Shown one piece after another: positions 11,684 to 24,180 of a DNA stretch of 64,000 nt. The DNA comes from Hormiphora californensis (Eukaryota > Animalia > Ctenophora). The stretch covers positions 1,240,001 through 1,304,000 of the forward strand of contig CM035358.1 of assembly GCA_020137815.1 (NCBI GenBank), written 5' to 3'. Position 1 is the first letter of the stretch; each line of letters starts with the position of its first letter. The notes under the pieces are model-generated. The model had not been told where the DNA came from. It searched no databases and saw only the letters and a list, made by a program, of their open reading frames with translations. Both the position numbers and the translations under genes were made by a program.

Positions 11684-13010
11684 CTTCTTCTTCTTCTGGG
11701 AGGACGCTGGCTAGTGCGAAGCACTAGCCAGTATGGGGTGGGTGCCATGTGGCTCCCGTTCCCCGTCCTGGGTGAAGTGGTTGGTGTGTTGCCAGCTGCT
11801 TCGGCCCAATGGGAATTGGGGAGCTGGTGCCATACCAGGTCACAGGGGAAACCTCCCTTTAAGGGGTGGTTTCTGGGGGGTGAAGTATATCCATCGCCTT
11901 CTTATAGAACGATATCGTTTTTCTAAGGGGTTGATGGTGTCTAATTTCGTACATGCTGAGGCCCAGCCTGTCAAAGGATTCCTGTCGGAGTTTCCAGAGG
12001 GCGGGGCATTCAGTGAGTACATGCTTTATTGTCTCGTCTTCCATCCCACATGCTGCACAGGTTGTGGTCTCGACTTTCTTTAGTTTTTTCAAGTGATAGT
12101 TCAGGTGGCAGTGCCCTGTGAGTAGGTGAGTCGCCATCCTTAGGTCTGATCTATTAAGTTTTTGAAGAGGTCTCTCATATCTTTCGGTCCACATCATGTT
12201 CATATGTTTGGTATGTTTGATGGGTCCGGTTTTAACCTTTTCCCTGAGGGCTGCATAGGCTGCCGCTTTGGGAATTGGTATGAGAGTAACTTCTTCGATT
12301 TCTTGAGCTCCTTTTTTTGCCAGGATGTCTGCTATCTCGTTTCCATCGTACCCTTGGTGGGCCGGGATCCATCTAATCATGACATCGTTGAATATGGCTA
12401 GGGTGTTCAGGTTTTTGATAGTTTTTATCGCGGTTCTTGATCTGCATGTCGTGGAGTCTAGGGTCTTAATTGTCCCTTGGCTGTCACAGTTTATGAGTAT
12501 TCGCTCGTTTGCCGTCCCTTTGTCTAGGAGGCTTTGAGCTGTTTTCTGTATAGCAAACATTTCTGCCGCCGGTACTGTGCCTTCGGGGCCTAGGTTGTAT
12601 GATTTTCTATCTAGTTCTGTTTCACCGGAGTGGATGATGTATCCTGCTCCTGCGTTGTTGTTGATTTTTGACCCATCAGTGTGTGCAACTATCGTGTAAT
12701 TATCTCCTTCCTCCTCGAACGTCCCCCTTTCCGGGATCTCTAGTGAGAATTCCCTGTCTAGGGTGAGTTCCGGGGTTGTGAGGTCGTGACCTCTGCCCTC
12801 TGTTTCCAGAGTTCTGAGGTCCCGAGATACCGTGTTGGCATGTGAGGTAAACACTTTTGGGGTTTTTAGGTTTGATTTTATTGGCCCTTCCCATTCTCCC
12901 GTTGCCATTAGGGTGTATGCAGTTTTGGCTGCACAGTACCTCAGGTGGTCGGTGATTGGAGTGGTGTTTGTGATTGTGTCGAGGGCTGTTGATGGTGTCG
13001 AGGGCATGGC
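11684..13010 (-). mobile_element. 5'-truncated RNase H-bearing LINE (I/Loa/R1-group) 3' end
   Basis: ORF 11859-13007: HTDGSK, AEMFAI, CDSQ, WIPAH..GNEIAD (RNase H) and CAAC..ETIKHVLTECP zinc knuckle; (aga)n tail at 11684-11696. Confidence 0.85.
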
Positions 13011-13896
13011 CTGTTACCCTTGTGAGTGTGCCTCTTGACTGTGTCATGTGCTTTATTGTTTTGGTTTCAATCGCATTTGCAAACAACCATTGCCCATAGA
13101 TAGGGTGGGTTTTACTTTGTCTGGTGGTATCATCTGGCGTTTTGGGGTTCAGTCCCATGTGGGTCCCAAAATTTTCGGATGCATTGAGGATGTTTTTGGA
13201 TTGTTTGATTTGTTTGTTACGGGTTCGTTCCAGTTCAGTTTGCGTCCAGGGTAATCCCTGAAACTTTGTGGATAAGACCCCTTCATTGGGTACTGGATTT
13301 TGATCGGGTTTCAAGTTTTACGTTTTTTCGGGGGTGAATATGAATACGTGTGATTTTAACGCATTAGTTTGAGTACAAAAAAACCCCCCTTGGGATTTAT
13401 GAACTGCGATTCTACTTCTGATCACTGAATCCCAATTCAATCCCACTGAATCCACTGTTATAATATTGATGTTCACAGTACAACAGCTGCCCACACTGGT
13501 CAGTTTCATTGTAAGGTGGCACACACACTGAAAAGCAGGAAATTCGCCAATTAGCGTTTACATGTCGTTCAGTGACAAGAAGGGAGAGAGAGAGGGAGAG
13601 AGATAGAGAGAGAGAAAATAAAACGGTTGAAAATAAGGGAACAAAAGAAAATCAGACCTAAAAGACATCCCGCATTATTAGGTTTCACACGTTTCACATC
13701 ACCACCTGACTGACTCACGAATCAATGAGAATTGTAGACCCCCCCCCCCCCCCCCGTCCTCTCTTCATCTCATCGTTTGTCTTTCCTGTTGTCTGGTTGT
13801 AACTGTCTTTGAAGGACAGAGTCTGGCAGCAAGTTTTATACCTGCTTGACAACACAATAATATTATAAGTAAGAGGAGGAGAAGCGAGAGTAAGGA

Positions 13897-13943
13897 CTCT
13901 CTCTCCCCTCTCTCTCTGCTCTCTCTCTCTCTCTCTCATCTCT

Positions 13944-13979
<36 letters not shown>

Positions 13980-14058
13980 CTCTTCTTTCTCTCCATCTCC
14001 TCTCTCTCTCTCTCTGCTCTCTCTCTCTCCCCTCTCTCTCTTTCTTTCTCTCACTCTC

Positions 14059-14105
<47 letters not shown>
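13897..14105. repeat. (CT)n microsatellite
   Basis: Direct inspection. Confidence 0.95.
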
Positions 14106-14108
<3 letters not shown>

Positions 14109-14767
14109 ACTCACTTCTACATCTGCCACTCTACCCTCTCAATATATCTATCTTAATCCTTCTGACATCTCTCATTATAATCTGTCCCTTTCTTTTGTCT
14201 TCTCCCCTACTACATTTTCTTATTGAGAAGTCTCTCTCACTGCATACCTTCCGTTTCACTCCTCTCTCGCTCTCTCTCACTTCTCAGTTCACTCCGTACC
14301 TTCCTTCTCCACAGCTCTTACTTCCCTCTCCGTATCAAGTCTTATACACTGTGAACATTTAGAAAAGGTTCATAGCTTACCTACTGCAGCTGTATACACT
14401 GTTTGACATGGTGAGATATCGTCAAGAGAGTTGTAAAGAAACACGGAGAAAGTGCGAAGGGACAAGAGAGAAAATGGGACACATTATATGTTAGGAAAAA
14501 GGAAGAAACATGTGCATAATCTGATTAGAATGTGTCAAAAGAAGCACATTGTACAGCTCTTACACTGCTGTATAGTAGTACACTGTCATTGTACAGCATT
14601 TGAATGGAAGCTTACACTTTTCTTAAAACCTGTGTACTGCTGTGTACATTTAAAATCCACAAAAATTCAAAAATTTGAACCGTTTGGTTTCTAAGAGGGT
14701 TCCTACATCTTTCCTGGTGACCCCTCCAGCATCCTAACTCTCGTATAATCCCCAATTCTTTTCACAG

Positions 14768-15382
14768 GAACACGTCCCAGAGGTCCACACACACTTCAAA
14801 GCCCAAGGATTTCACCCCACTACCTATGCCAGCCAGTGGTTCCTAACCATGTTCGCTACTGTGCTGCCACTCAACGCCGTCTTTCGTATCATGGACATCT
14901 TTCTTTGGGAGGTAAGATATTGGAGAGCGAGTTGGGAGGGCGTGAGTTGGGAGGTTTGCTTGTTTGTTTGTTAAAGACGTCTTAGGAACAGCTGGGATAC
15001 TGGGCTAAGAGGTATGATATTGGAGAAAATGAGTGAAAGGTGTCACGTCAATGTTTACTGTACACAGCCACAAGTTTTGCTAACAATGACAACCCCGTCA
15101 CTGTTGACATTGTAGAGACAAACAGACAGTGGAACTATAATTATACAGAGGGTCTTCTACATCTATAATATATCTTCTACACCTATAGACTGAATGAGGG
15201 GGACTTGGGAACAGGGAATATCTATAACTATAGTAATTACATTATTCTAATAACAGACAGCCCAATGCAGAAAGATTGCTTGTCTTTATATGTGATGCTT
15301 GCAGTGTCTCAATCTTGTGAGAATATAATGTGAGATCTTGTCAATAAATTCTGCATACACACATGCTGAAATATACACACTA

Positions 15383-15414
<32 letters not shown>

Positions 15415-17730
15415 TATCTCTCTCTATCTCTATCATTTATATCATCGTCTCTAGTATAGTATTTATCTCTCATAGCCGGTGTTTAGTTACAGGTGTTTCA
15501 CCCGAGATAGCGGCGACTCTTCTTTGAGTAGGAGGGGAGCGATATGTAGTGAGAGAGGGAGAGAAGGAGAGAGATAAAGATAGAGAAGGAGAGAGATAAA
15601 GATAGAGAGATAGCCGGAAGGAAGTGTTGATATGACGACTGTCATCATCTGATCTTCTTTATTTTCAGCAAACATTTGACGTTATCTACCAAATTGGCAT
15701 TGCTCTCCTGAAGGAAGGGAAGGATATTCTAATCAATAATGACATTGAAGGAATGCTACAGGTAACACCATTCTCCGTATTGCACTGGGTGTGTCGGCGT
15801 GTATTGCATTCATTGTACAATAAAAGTGTGAATGTGTGAGTGTATTTTTTGAAAAAAGTCCAGTCCAACTCTCTCCCATCGACACACTATGTATGCGGCA
15901 CGCGCGACGACTTGGTTGCGGTGAAAGCGCGTTCTCGTGCACGAATTCTGCGCGGCGCAGGACCGTGGGAAATCTCCCACCAAATCTTGCAGCAGCGATC
16001 TTTCAGTTTCACCAAGTGCAAGCATCATCTTTCAGCTTCTTTGAAATGAATACAGGTTTGTAATATTACGCCCTTTTTTAGTACTTCAGAACGACTGTGT
16101 ACAAGAATTGGGTTGGAGCAGAGGACGGGTTAATTAAAATTGCCAGGCAAATCAAATTGGACCAACGAAAAGTAAGCAACAGTGATTATTTAATTATCCC
16201 TTACCAGAACCCCGCCTCGCACATAAATACTGTCGTGTTTCCTAATTCCTAACAATGCTCATATCTCTTCCTCAGCTACGAAGATTAAAACAGGTGTATG
16301 TGACTGAGAAGGAAAGGGAATCAGCAGAATTAGAGGAGTGTAAGAGACTCTCTTTTGAGAACAGTGTTCTGTGTCAAAGGATTAGAACTTTGGAGGGAGA
16401 AACTTGTCATTTGGCTGACAAATTAATCAAGGTAAGAGAAAGTATCTGGGTATAAATGGGTAACTAAAACCTTATCAAAATGATACTTAAGCAATGGCCT
16501 CCCCTTATTCGTCTCGGTGTTTTTGTGCCATAACAATAACATAACCATCTCTCCACAGGGCCAAGTGAGTCGGGCAGAACAAGCAGAAGAACTGTTCATT
16601 TTAAAACGAGAACTGATCGCACTACGTCGACATGACGGCGAGGTGTCAGAGAAACTAAATGAGGCCACGAGGAGAAATAGTTATCTAGACTCCAAGCTGC
16701 ATGGAATATGCTCAGAAAATGAGGCCCTCCGTCAGGCGCTATCTACGCTAGGTCACGATCCTCTACAGTTCATTCAGAATAGCGAGATCCCAAGTTGTGT
16801 TTATAGCAGCTCAGCGGTGACTCTTCCTACATCAACAGGACCCGAGGTAATGTATACTTGTGACTTGTAGAATGTAGGAAATACTGGTCCCTGATTGGCT
16901 GATAACCAGTCACGTGACCTAAATGACGAGTTCTGATCGGTTGATTACTTGTTTCGGTCGGTTCCTGTAATTTACTAATTTCCACTATTCCAGGAGAGAT
17001 GTGAGGATGCGGGTTATTGTACAATAGAAAGACAGCAGTCAGCACAGTGTAGTCCCGGGGCCATGGAACTTCTCTCTGAATCAACTAGATCCTCCCCCAA
17101 GGTAGGCAGACACTAACACGTGAGTAATCCTTTGTGGGCGTGTGAATGTCGTGTGAATGAAACTGAGAGTGAATGGGATTGATATTGAGTGTGAATGATT
17201 CAATGAATCGCCCATATGATTCGATTGGAATTATGCGTAGATTTTGTAGTAATGAACCCAGTGTAGGGTGATGCAATATAGGTACCTCTTGAATTGTACC
17301 CCCACAACTGCTTTCCAACTCCATGCACATTATTCCAGGATGCAGTTGAGCAACATTGTCGGTCTATATCGAGTGACAGTGTGATAAGTAGTTCAAGTAG
17401 TAGTACTGCAACTACAGGGTTTGAAGCACAACCAACAGCACATAGCAGTAGTTACTATAAACACCACGTTCAGGTTGGTGCTCTCAGTTCTGGTCGAATG
17501 AGTTTTAGTTTTAGAAGTGAATGGATTTTCATCCCAATTTCATCGAATTTGTTGACTTTTTTACTCCTATACGCAACTTTAAACATGTTTGTTTCGCTTT
17601 TCAGGTCGATTCAAAGTTAGTCATATCACAAACTGGAAGCACAGTTGTTGCGAACGGGCCTAATAAGATTACGGATGGACTAAAAAAGACGTTTGGGCTT
17701 GATAAAAAAGAGAGGGATAGGTTATTGTGA
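14768..17730 (+). CDS. EVI5: EVI5-like TBC-domain RabGAP, 3' exons (~14768-14911, 15669-15761, 16082-16170, 16276-16431, 16559-16846, 17339-17473, 17605-17730); 5' exons not seen
   Basis: YASQWFLTMF..VFRIMDIFL (TBC C-half), LADKLIK|GQVSRAEQAEE (EVI5 coiled coil), GT-AG boundaries. Confidence 0.85.
16876..16967. mobile_element. hAT-like ~110-bp MITE, partial copy
   Basis: Same family as 45819, 51642 and 54452. Confidence 0.8.
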
Positions 17731-18891
17731 GAGCTTGGACAATTCTGCCTCCAAACTTGAAAAATCTACCCTAATTGTCTGACTCATAAGAATTATTGTG
17801 CGTGGAAATATCAATAAAATGAAAGTGAAAGAAGTCGGCAAAGATAAAGAGACTGCTGGGACATATAAATTTGATATTTTTATTTAAGTGTGTGGTTGAT
17901 TTGTTTTTGTATTAATATTTATACGTCCGCCGATTAAACTATTTTCCATATTTTCTTAAAAACACCGCTAACTGATTTGTTTTGAAGTTCATGTATATAG
18001 TACTGTATATATAGTACTGTATAGTACTGTATATTATAGTACTGCAATGGGACCCCAAGTCGAACTGCAGTGGGACCCCAAGTCGAACACCGGGAGATGG
18101 TTTGAAAACTCGCGGCGACTGCAGCAAGTCGGGGTGCTACTGAGCCATGGTTTCAGTAGAACAGTTCTTCCCATGCTGCAACCTGTCAGAGCATTGGCCT
18201 GACCCATTATCTGTCAGAGCATTGGCCTGACAGGCTGCAACCCAAGTCACTACATATGTCAGGTCCGATAGTGTGCCGTGTGGAGAAGTTACGAACATTG
18301 GTCAAACAGTTCTAGTCGGTTCTGTCTGACAGAGTAGGTTTGGCAAAATAGGCCGATCGACTGCTGTGCGATCGATCGATCGTCCGCAGCCTTATCGGCA
18401 CACAATTCCCGGGGTCGTCAGCGCGTACTTGCGTGCGTTCGCTGTGTCTACTTGGTGTACTTTTTACAGTACCCCGACGGGGCGCGCTACGTTTATGTAG
18501 TTGATCTAACCAATAAGGTCTTTTAGGTTATCTTTACTTTTGTGACCTTTTTTGAAATATTTTGTAATCAAAACGAGATTTTAGGTAAGCCGAAATAAAT
18601 TGAGGTATGAAAATGAACATTAAACACCGAACACGTCAAATTAAATCAAAATAAAGACGCTCATTAGGGCGGGTTACAAAGAGGGGATAAAAACTGTTAT
18701 ATACTGGAATATTATAAAAATAATTTGCTGTCATTGTCAAGAGTTCAATTTAAGACATTTCTAGAATCTAGACCTGGTAAAATATCTAACCCTATCTAAG
18801 TCGTACAAAGTACCCATTTAAAAACATAAAACATCATTTGGTAAAACACAAAATGCTCAATAGAGATTTCAAGCACACATTTGATTTTAAA

Positions 18892-21414
18892 TTAAGCACA
18901 TCTATTCAAGACAGATCTCAAAAACTGCCTATTTCTGAAACAGTTTTCATTATTGTTCATGTTAGGTTTAGATTTCTTAATAAACACTTGAAAGTTTACA
19001 ACTAGACTGGTCGTTATCTTGACACCGTGCTGGCTCTTTCTGTTAATTGGTTCCACTAGGGCAGGGTCTACGTTAGCTGAAAACCGGTGAACGTTGTATG
19101 CCTGAAGTGGGGAAAGGAGGGCTATTTCAGGAACGTAGAAATTGAAACTTTAAGTTACCACTTCATCAATAGATGATATATCACATCACCCTCTCCCCAT
19201 TAGTTTACCCAGCCCTCTCTCTTCTCTCTCTACCACCCATCAGGCATCAGCCCTCTCCTTCCCTCTCTACCACCCTTCTACTTACCTCAGACAACAAGCA
19301 TTTCTTGGCCAAACCAGGCAGCCAGGACCCAACATTGGTTGCGTTATCAAAATACACAACCATGGAACCAGGCTTGAGACACTTTAACATCGCCTCTAGG
19401 TTAGCAGTGGCAGTTTCCTTGTGTGCAGTTAGACTGCTTAGGAACTTGCTCATAATTACAATATCTGCCTGTTTCACCTCTTTCTGAAAGGATTGTTAAG
19501 GAGTATAATCAATACTTCCTTTTCACACCAGCAATATTATACTGGGCGATCAAGGAATCTGTGATTGTCAATGTTAATGGCTCGTACAGCCGCCCTTAAT
19601 ATACAAATAGAGACGTGGTCTGTGGACTTCAGACTCGTTGTTACTTGTTTACTCTCGTACAACATACCTTGTTTTGTGCACTAAGAGGTTCTAAGAAATC
19701 CATTTTCTTGTAACTCAACTGCGCTCCACAACTCCTGGCGGTAGTCTCTGCTACGGGGGCCCACTGACTGTACTTATCAAAGAATCGGAACCTGATAGAG
19801 AGAACGAGTTGAAGATCCATTGATCAAAACTTCCGCGACTGGATTAATACAAATACAGAAGGACACCTATTTAACTTACGATACTTTGCTGGTAACCCCT
19901 TCCAGTTTCAGCCAGTTAGTGACTGCCGATATCTCAACACCGGGTCCACCTCCAACACACAGCACCTTTACAGGATGGTTCTGGAGACTGTCCAAAAACT
20001 GGACCACCTGGGGGGAGTGGAAGGAGTTTCGAGTGAGATAATAAGTTATAATGGTCTGGAAAAGATCATGATAAATCACTACACCAACAATCTCTCACCA
20101 TTCCAGTATCCCACTTCTTGGGGCGTGTCTGGAAGGGAATCTCAACATCTCCCCTCCCCGCTGACAGCAACAACTCGGTCAGGATAAGGGCGTGACTGTA
20201 GAAGAATCGGTAGACATAACACAGCCGTGTACCCGGATGGGCAAAGTTTATCTTCTCATGGGAATCTTTCTGAGCGAGACCCTTGTGGGTGTAACCGTAG
20301 TTGATCTGATCATTACCTGGCAAACATAACTTGTTGTTGGACGTTGTATTGGTGCGAATTTACCCCAGGACAAAAAGAAATGTAAACAGAATTTTGTAAG
20401 GACACATCTCTTCAATATCTAAACTAATCAATTAACCTTATTAATACCTTCTTTGAATGCCTGTAACAGGGATTTCTGATTAGCAAACTGCTGCTCGCAT
20501 CCAGTCAACACTTGCTCAGTAGTACGGAGGATTATCAAAGGTACTGCATCACAGTAATCCGGTGGTGGGCCGTGCTGTTGTTGTCCATGATAGTAGTTGG
20601 GGACATTGTTTTGAGGGTAGCATTGCGGTGCCAGGTTCATACTTTGAGGGCTGTAGTGATTGAGAGGAGGACTACTACTATAGCTGGGCGCTGGAGGATT
20701 CGGAGAGTTGTTGCTTCTACAGCAGCAGCAGTCACATTGCGTCTGGTGAGTAGGGTTCAGCTGGTCGTAGGATGGTATTGTTATGGATCCGGGCCATCCT
20801 CCTTGGTACCCTTCTGCTTGGTGACATTGGTGGCAATTGTTCTGAGGAGGTGGTGGTGAGTTGTACAGGGGTGGAGGTGGTGGTGAGTTGTATAGCGGTG
20901 GAGGTGGAGGTGGTGTTCCGTACATGGCTGGAGGAGGCGGGCTGTATTGCTGTTGGGGTGGTGGTGGAGTATTATAATGGCTAGGTAGTGGTGTGTTATA
21001 TTGGGCCGGCTGATTCTGTTTGTTCTGATAGCCCGACGGGTGGAAGTTTTCCCGAACGGGTGGAGGACAAGATCTCTTACTTCTGAAACTCTCAAAGCCC
21101 TCTCTACGGTACGTTGTACGGGGACCATTCTGGGTTCCATCGTTCTCCCTGCAACGGAGAGGGAGAGGATGGTCCAATGGATGCCTATTAAGATCACTTT
21201 CCGGGGGTGACTGATAAGGATATGAAACTGGAGGCTGGTAGTTGTTTGTTGGAGGAGGCTGGTAGTTGTTTGCTGTAGGAGGCTGGTAGTTGTTTGTTGT
21301 TTGTTGGAGCTGGGTGGTTGGTGGGGAGTACTGGAAGTGGGTGGCTGGTGGTGGTAGTGGCCCCTGTCCGAGGGGGTAGTTTCCCCAGCCCTCCTGGTAT
21401 CCATCGTATGTCAT
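18892..21414 (-). CDS. Pro/Tyr/Gln-rich N-terminus + class I SAM-dependent methyltransferase-like domain, ~6 coding exons
   Basis: Exons ~21414-20448, 20317-20111, 20036-19878, 19791-19668, 19483-19286, 19102-18892; motifs VLCVGGGPGVE, ADIVIMSKFLS, LKPGSMVVYFD. Confidence 0.7.
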
Positions 21415-21465
21415 TATATCTGTCGAGCCGTGTTACATTCTGAAAAATGTTCATGGTTGGTGTCA

Positions 21466-21690
21466 CAGTGGTCATCCGACATAATTGCCATACCTCGACG
21501 TGAAATTCGACCTGAATCTCGACCTGGAATGAGACACGCATTCGTAGTGAGAGAGACATAAAGACTAACGAGAGAGAAGAGTTGAAGCGCGACATCATTT
21601 GCTTACTGCGGCACATCTCTCTGATGCGCGGCTCATTTCACGTCGGATTTCACGTCGGATTTCACGTCGGAATATGTCGGATGACCACTG
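21466..21690. mobile_element. MITE with 3-bp TSD (tca)
   Basis: TIR cagtggtcatccgacata / tatgtcggatgaccactg; tca on both sides. Confidence 0.85.
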
Positions 21691-21923
21691 TCAACAAGAT
21701 CTTTAGATCATTCACATACACTGATAAAAGAGATGTTGATATCAGCAATTCAATTTTGGGCTTAAAATGAGTAGAATGTTCCCGGCGATTTCATCATTCT
21801 CTCCCCCACTGCCCCTCCTACAACCCCTCGTTTGACCTTTTACCCAATGGGATAAGGGGGTTCGACCGGGTTCGACTAATAAAGACCTACTCATTATTTG
21901 AACTTACCATCCTCTTTAACCCG

Positions 21924-22082
21924 GTCGCTTGTAGTGGGAAAACGGTAATGGAAAACGGAGAGGCGCAACCGTGGCCAATCAGTGCGCTAGTACATGCTGA
22001 CAAATGCACTTTTTGCTGTGCATTATGCAAAGTCTGCGTCTCATTACTGTAATTCCATTACGGTAATGCGACTACAAGCGGC
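21924..22082. mobile_element. Small inverted-repeat element
   Basis: gtcgcttgtagt .. actacaagcggc with imperfect inner arms. Confidence 0.55.
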
Positions 22083-22374
22083 AGCGTAACGTGATGTCAC
22101 GTACATAATATAAAGAAAATTATTATTTAACGGGTGAGAGATATATGGTATACCGGAAAGAGGTTCGCACTGGGCGATGACCCTGTTGCAGCAGGTGATG
22201 TGATCTTTTTTTATTTGGGGAAGTTGCAGTTGTGTTCACAAAAATTCAAACACTGATGTTCATTGTCTGGTTCAAAATAAAGAAGGATAATAGAGTGGTA
22301 TTCAACACACTTAACTACTTAATCTAGTGTGAGTGTGTATCAGCACCAGAAGGAGATATCAAAATTACTTCCTA

Positions 22375-23775
22375 TTAATCTAGTCTTTTATTAACAAATA
22401 CAGGAGAATATTCAAACATTTCATAATCAAGTTCATAAATATCATTTAGTTGTTTCTGCTGATCTTCACTCAGCTGCCCAATGTAATCATCAACCTCCGT
22501 CCCCTTCACTTCCTTTTTTCCTGAGGAATTGTGCTTCCCCATAAAATACTCAAGGTATTCTGATAGATTGAGGCGTTTCAACAAATACGGCACTTCCTCC
22601 TCTTCATTTTCGAGTTTCACAACAATGTCAAGATTATTCTGGCAAGTATCTGTGAATTGTGATGCCGGCCTCCAGTGAGGGTTTGTACCCTTGTCGTCGC
22701 GTTTGCTCCGTGCGTAGAGGATCCATTTGACAAACTCAGGAAATGTCGGTGGAGCGAGATAAGGGTTTTGATTGTTCTCATCTGGTTCCCATTTACCCGT
22801 TACCCACTTGTTCAACTCCCCAATATATACCCGATGTAACGTGTTATCAGTAACTTGTCGAGAGTGCAGGATAGTGGGCTTCACCCAGAGGTCCCGCAGT
22901 GCGTCCAATTCACCCTTATCTGTCACTGTCTTCCTATAATGAGAAACCAGTCTGGAGAGAGGATGGCGAACAATAGTGAACCTGATGCTGTCTCTTGGCT
23001 CCCGAACAAACGTCCGAAGTCGACCATTCGCTGCCTTTTTCTTCTCCCTAGACGTAAGGACATGACCCCATACCGCACCGATGCCGTAGTCGTTTCTAGC
23101 TGCCTTCTCTGGGTAAACATGTTCAATAAAGAATCGTTTCCAATTGGTACTGGAAGCTTTGTAGACAGGTGCCCAGGTCAGTTTATACTTTTGAAAATAA
23201 AACATTTGGAAGGTGTTGAAGTTAGGGTTCTGTCGAGCACTGCACACATCCCTGATGTGATTCATCCGTGTATTGATGACTGCTTCAACGGATATATTGT
23301 TTCCTGGGTCGGTAACTACCTCTGGATCCAACACCCCCTCTGGATCCGACCCTACATTTGAGACTGAAACCACCTCTGGGTCTGGTACCCCCTCTGGTTC
23401 TGGTACCCCCTTTGAGTCTGAAACCCCCTCTGGGTCTGGTACCCTCTCTGGGTGTGACACCCCCTCTGGGTGTGACACCCCCTCTGGGTGTGACACCCCC
23501 TCTGAGTCTGGTACCCGCTCTGGGTCTGGTACCCGCTCTGGGTCTGGTACCCGCTCTGAGTCTGGTACCCGCTCTGGGAGTGACACCCCCTTGAAACTGA
23601 TGATACTTTTTAGTTCATTCGATTTAGAGTTTTGAAGCTGCTGATGTGCAGCGGATATTTCTCTCCTCAGTACCTCAACCTCTTCAACATGATTGTAGCT
23701 TGTCACCAAGAGGATGGTGAAGAGGATGGATATCACACCCAGGAGAAATAATTTAGACGGACGAAGGGCCATCAT
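22375..23775 (-). CDS. Golgi carbohydrate sulfotransferase (Sulfotransfer_2, CHST8-14-like), intronless, hexapeptide-repeat stem
   Basis: N-terminal TM; PVYKASSTNWK (5'-PSB), VRHPLSRLVSHY (3'-PB), HWRP, YELDYEMFEY. Confidence 0.9.
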   Translation of the reverse strand: MMALRPSKLFLLGVISILFTILLVTSYNHVEEVEVLRREISAAHQQLQNSKSNELKSIISFKGVSLPERVPDSERVPDPERVPDPERVPDSEGVSHPEGVSHPEGVSHPERVPDPEGVSDSKGVPEPEGVPDPEVVSVSNVGSDPEGVLDPEVVTDPGNNISVEAVINTRMNHIRDVCSARQNPNFNTFQMFYFQKYKLTWAPVYKASSTNWKRFFIEHVYPEKAARNDYGIGAVWGHVLTSREKKKAANGRLRTFVREPRDSIRFTIVRHPLSRLVSHYRKTVTDKGELDALRDLWVKPTILHSRQVTDNTLHRVYIGELNKWVTGKWEPDENNQNPYLAPPTFPEFVKWILYARSKRDDKGTNPHWRPASQFTDTCQNNLDIVVKLENEEEEVPYLLKRLNLSEYLEYFMGKHNSSGKKEVKGTEVDDYIGQLSEDQQKQLNDIYELDYEMFEYSPVFVNKRLD

Positions 23776-24082
23776 TATGACGTCAAACACGTGTCATTTA
23801 TCGGTGATTTACTGAAACAATTCTATATCACTTTTTGAAGGACATGAATCAGCTAATGGGTCACAAAACTAACAAAACATACAATCACTGGATATGGTAT
23901 CAACTAGGCAGTGCTACGACCACATCAAAGAGGTCACAACAAGAGGCCTCACACAATAATAAGTACATTAGAGTTGCCAAGCTAGACTGTGCTTACAAAT
24001 GTAAAGGAGGGTTAGAACATAACAACATTAGAGGGGGTCCGGGGTACAACATATATGTATAATTGAACCTGTTGTTATTATA

Positions 24083-24166
24083 AGGACAATTGAGACTCGT
24101 TGTATATGAGGGTCAACACAGTCGGGCTATATTGACTCTGATATACATGACGAGTCTCAATTGTCC
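24083..24166. repeat. Short hairpin element
   Basis: ggacaattgagactcgt .. acgagtctcaattgtcc. Confidence 0.7.
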
Positions 24167-24180
24167 ACATTCAACAGATT

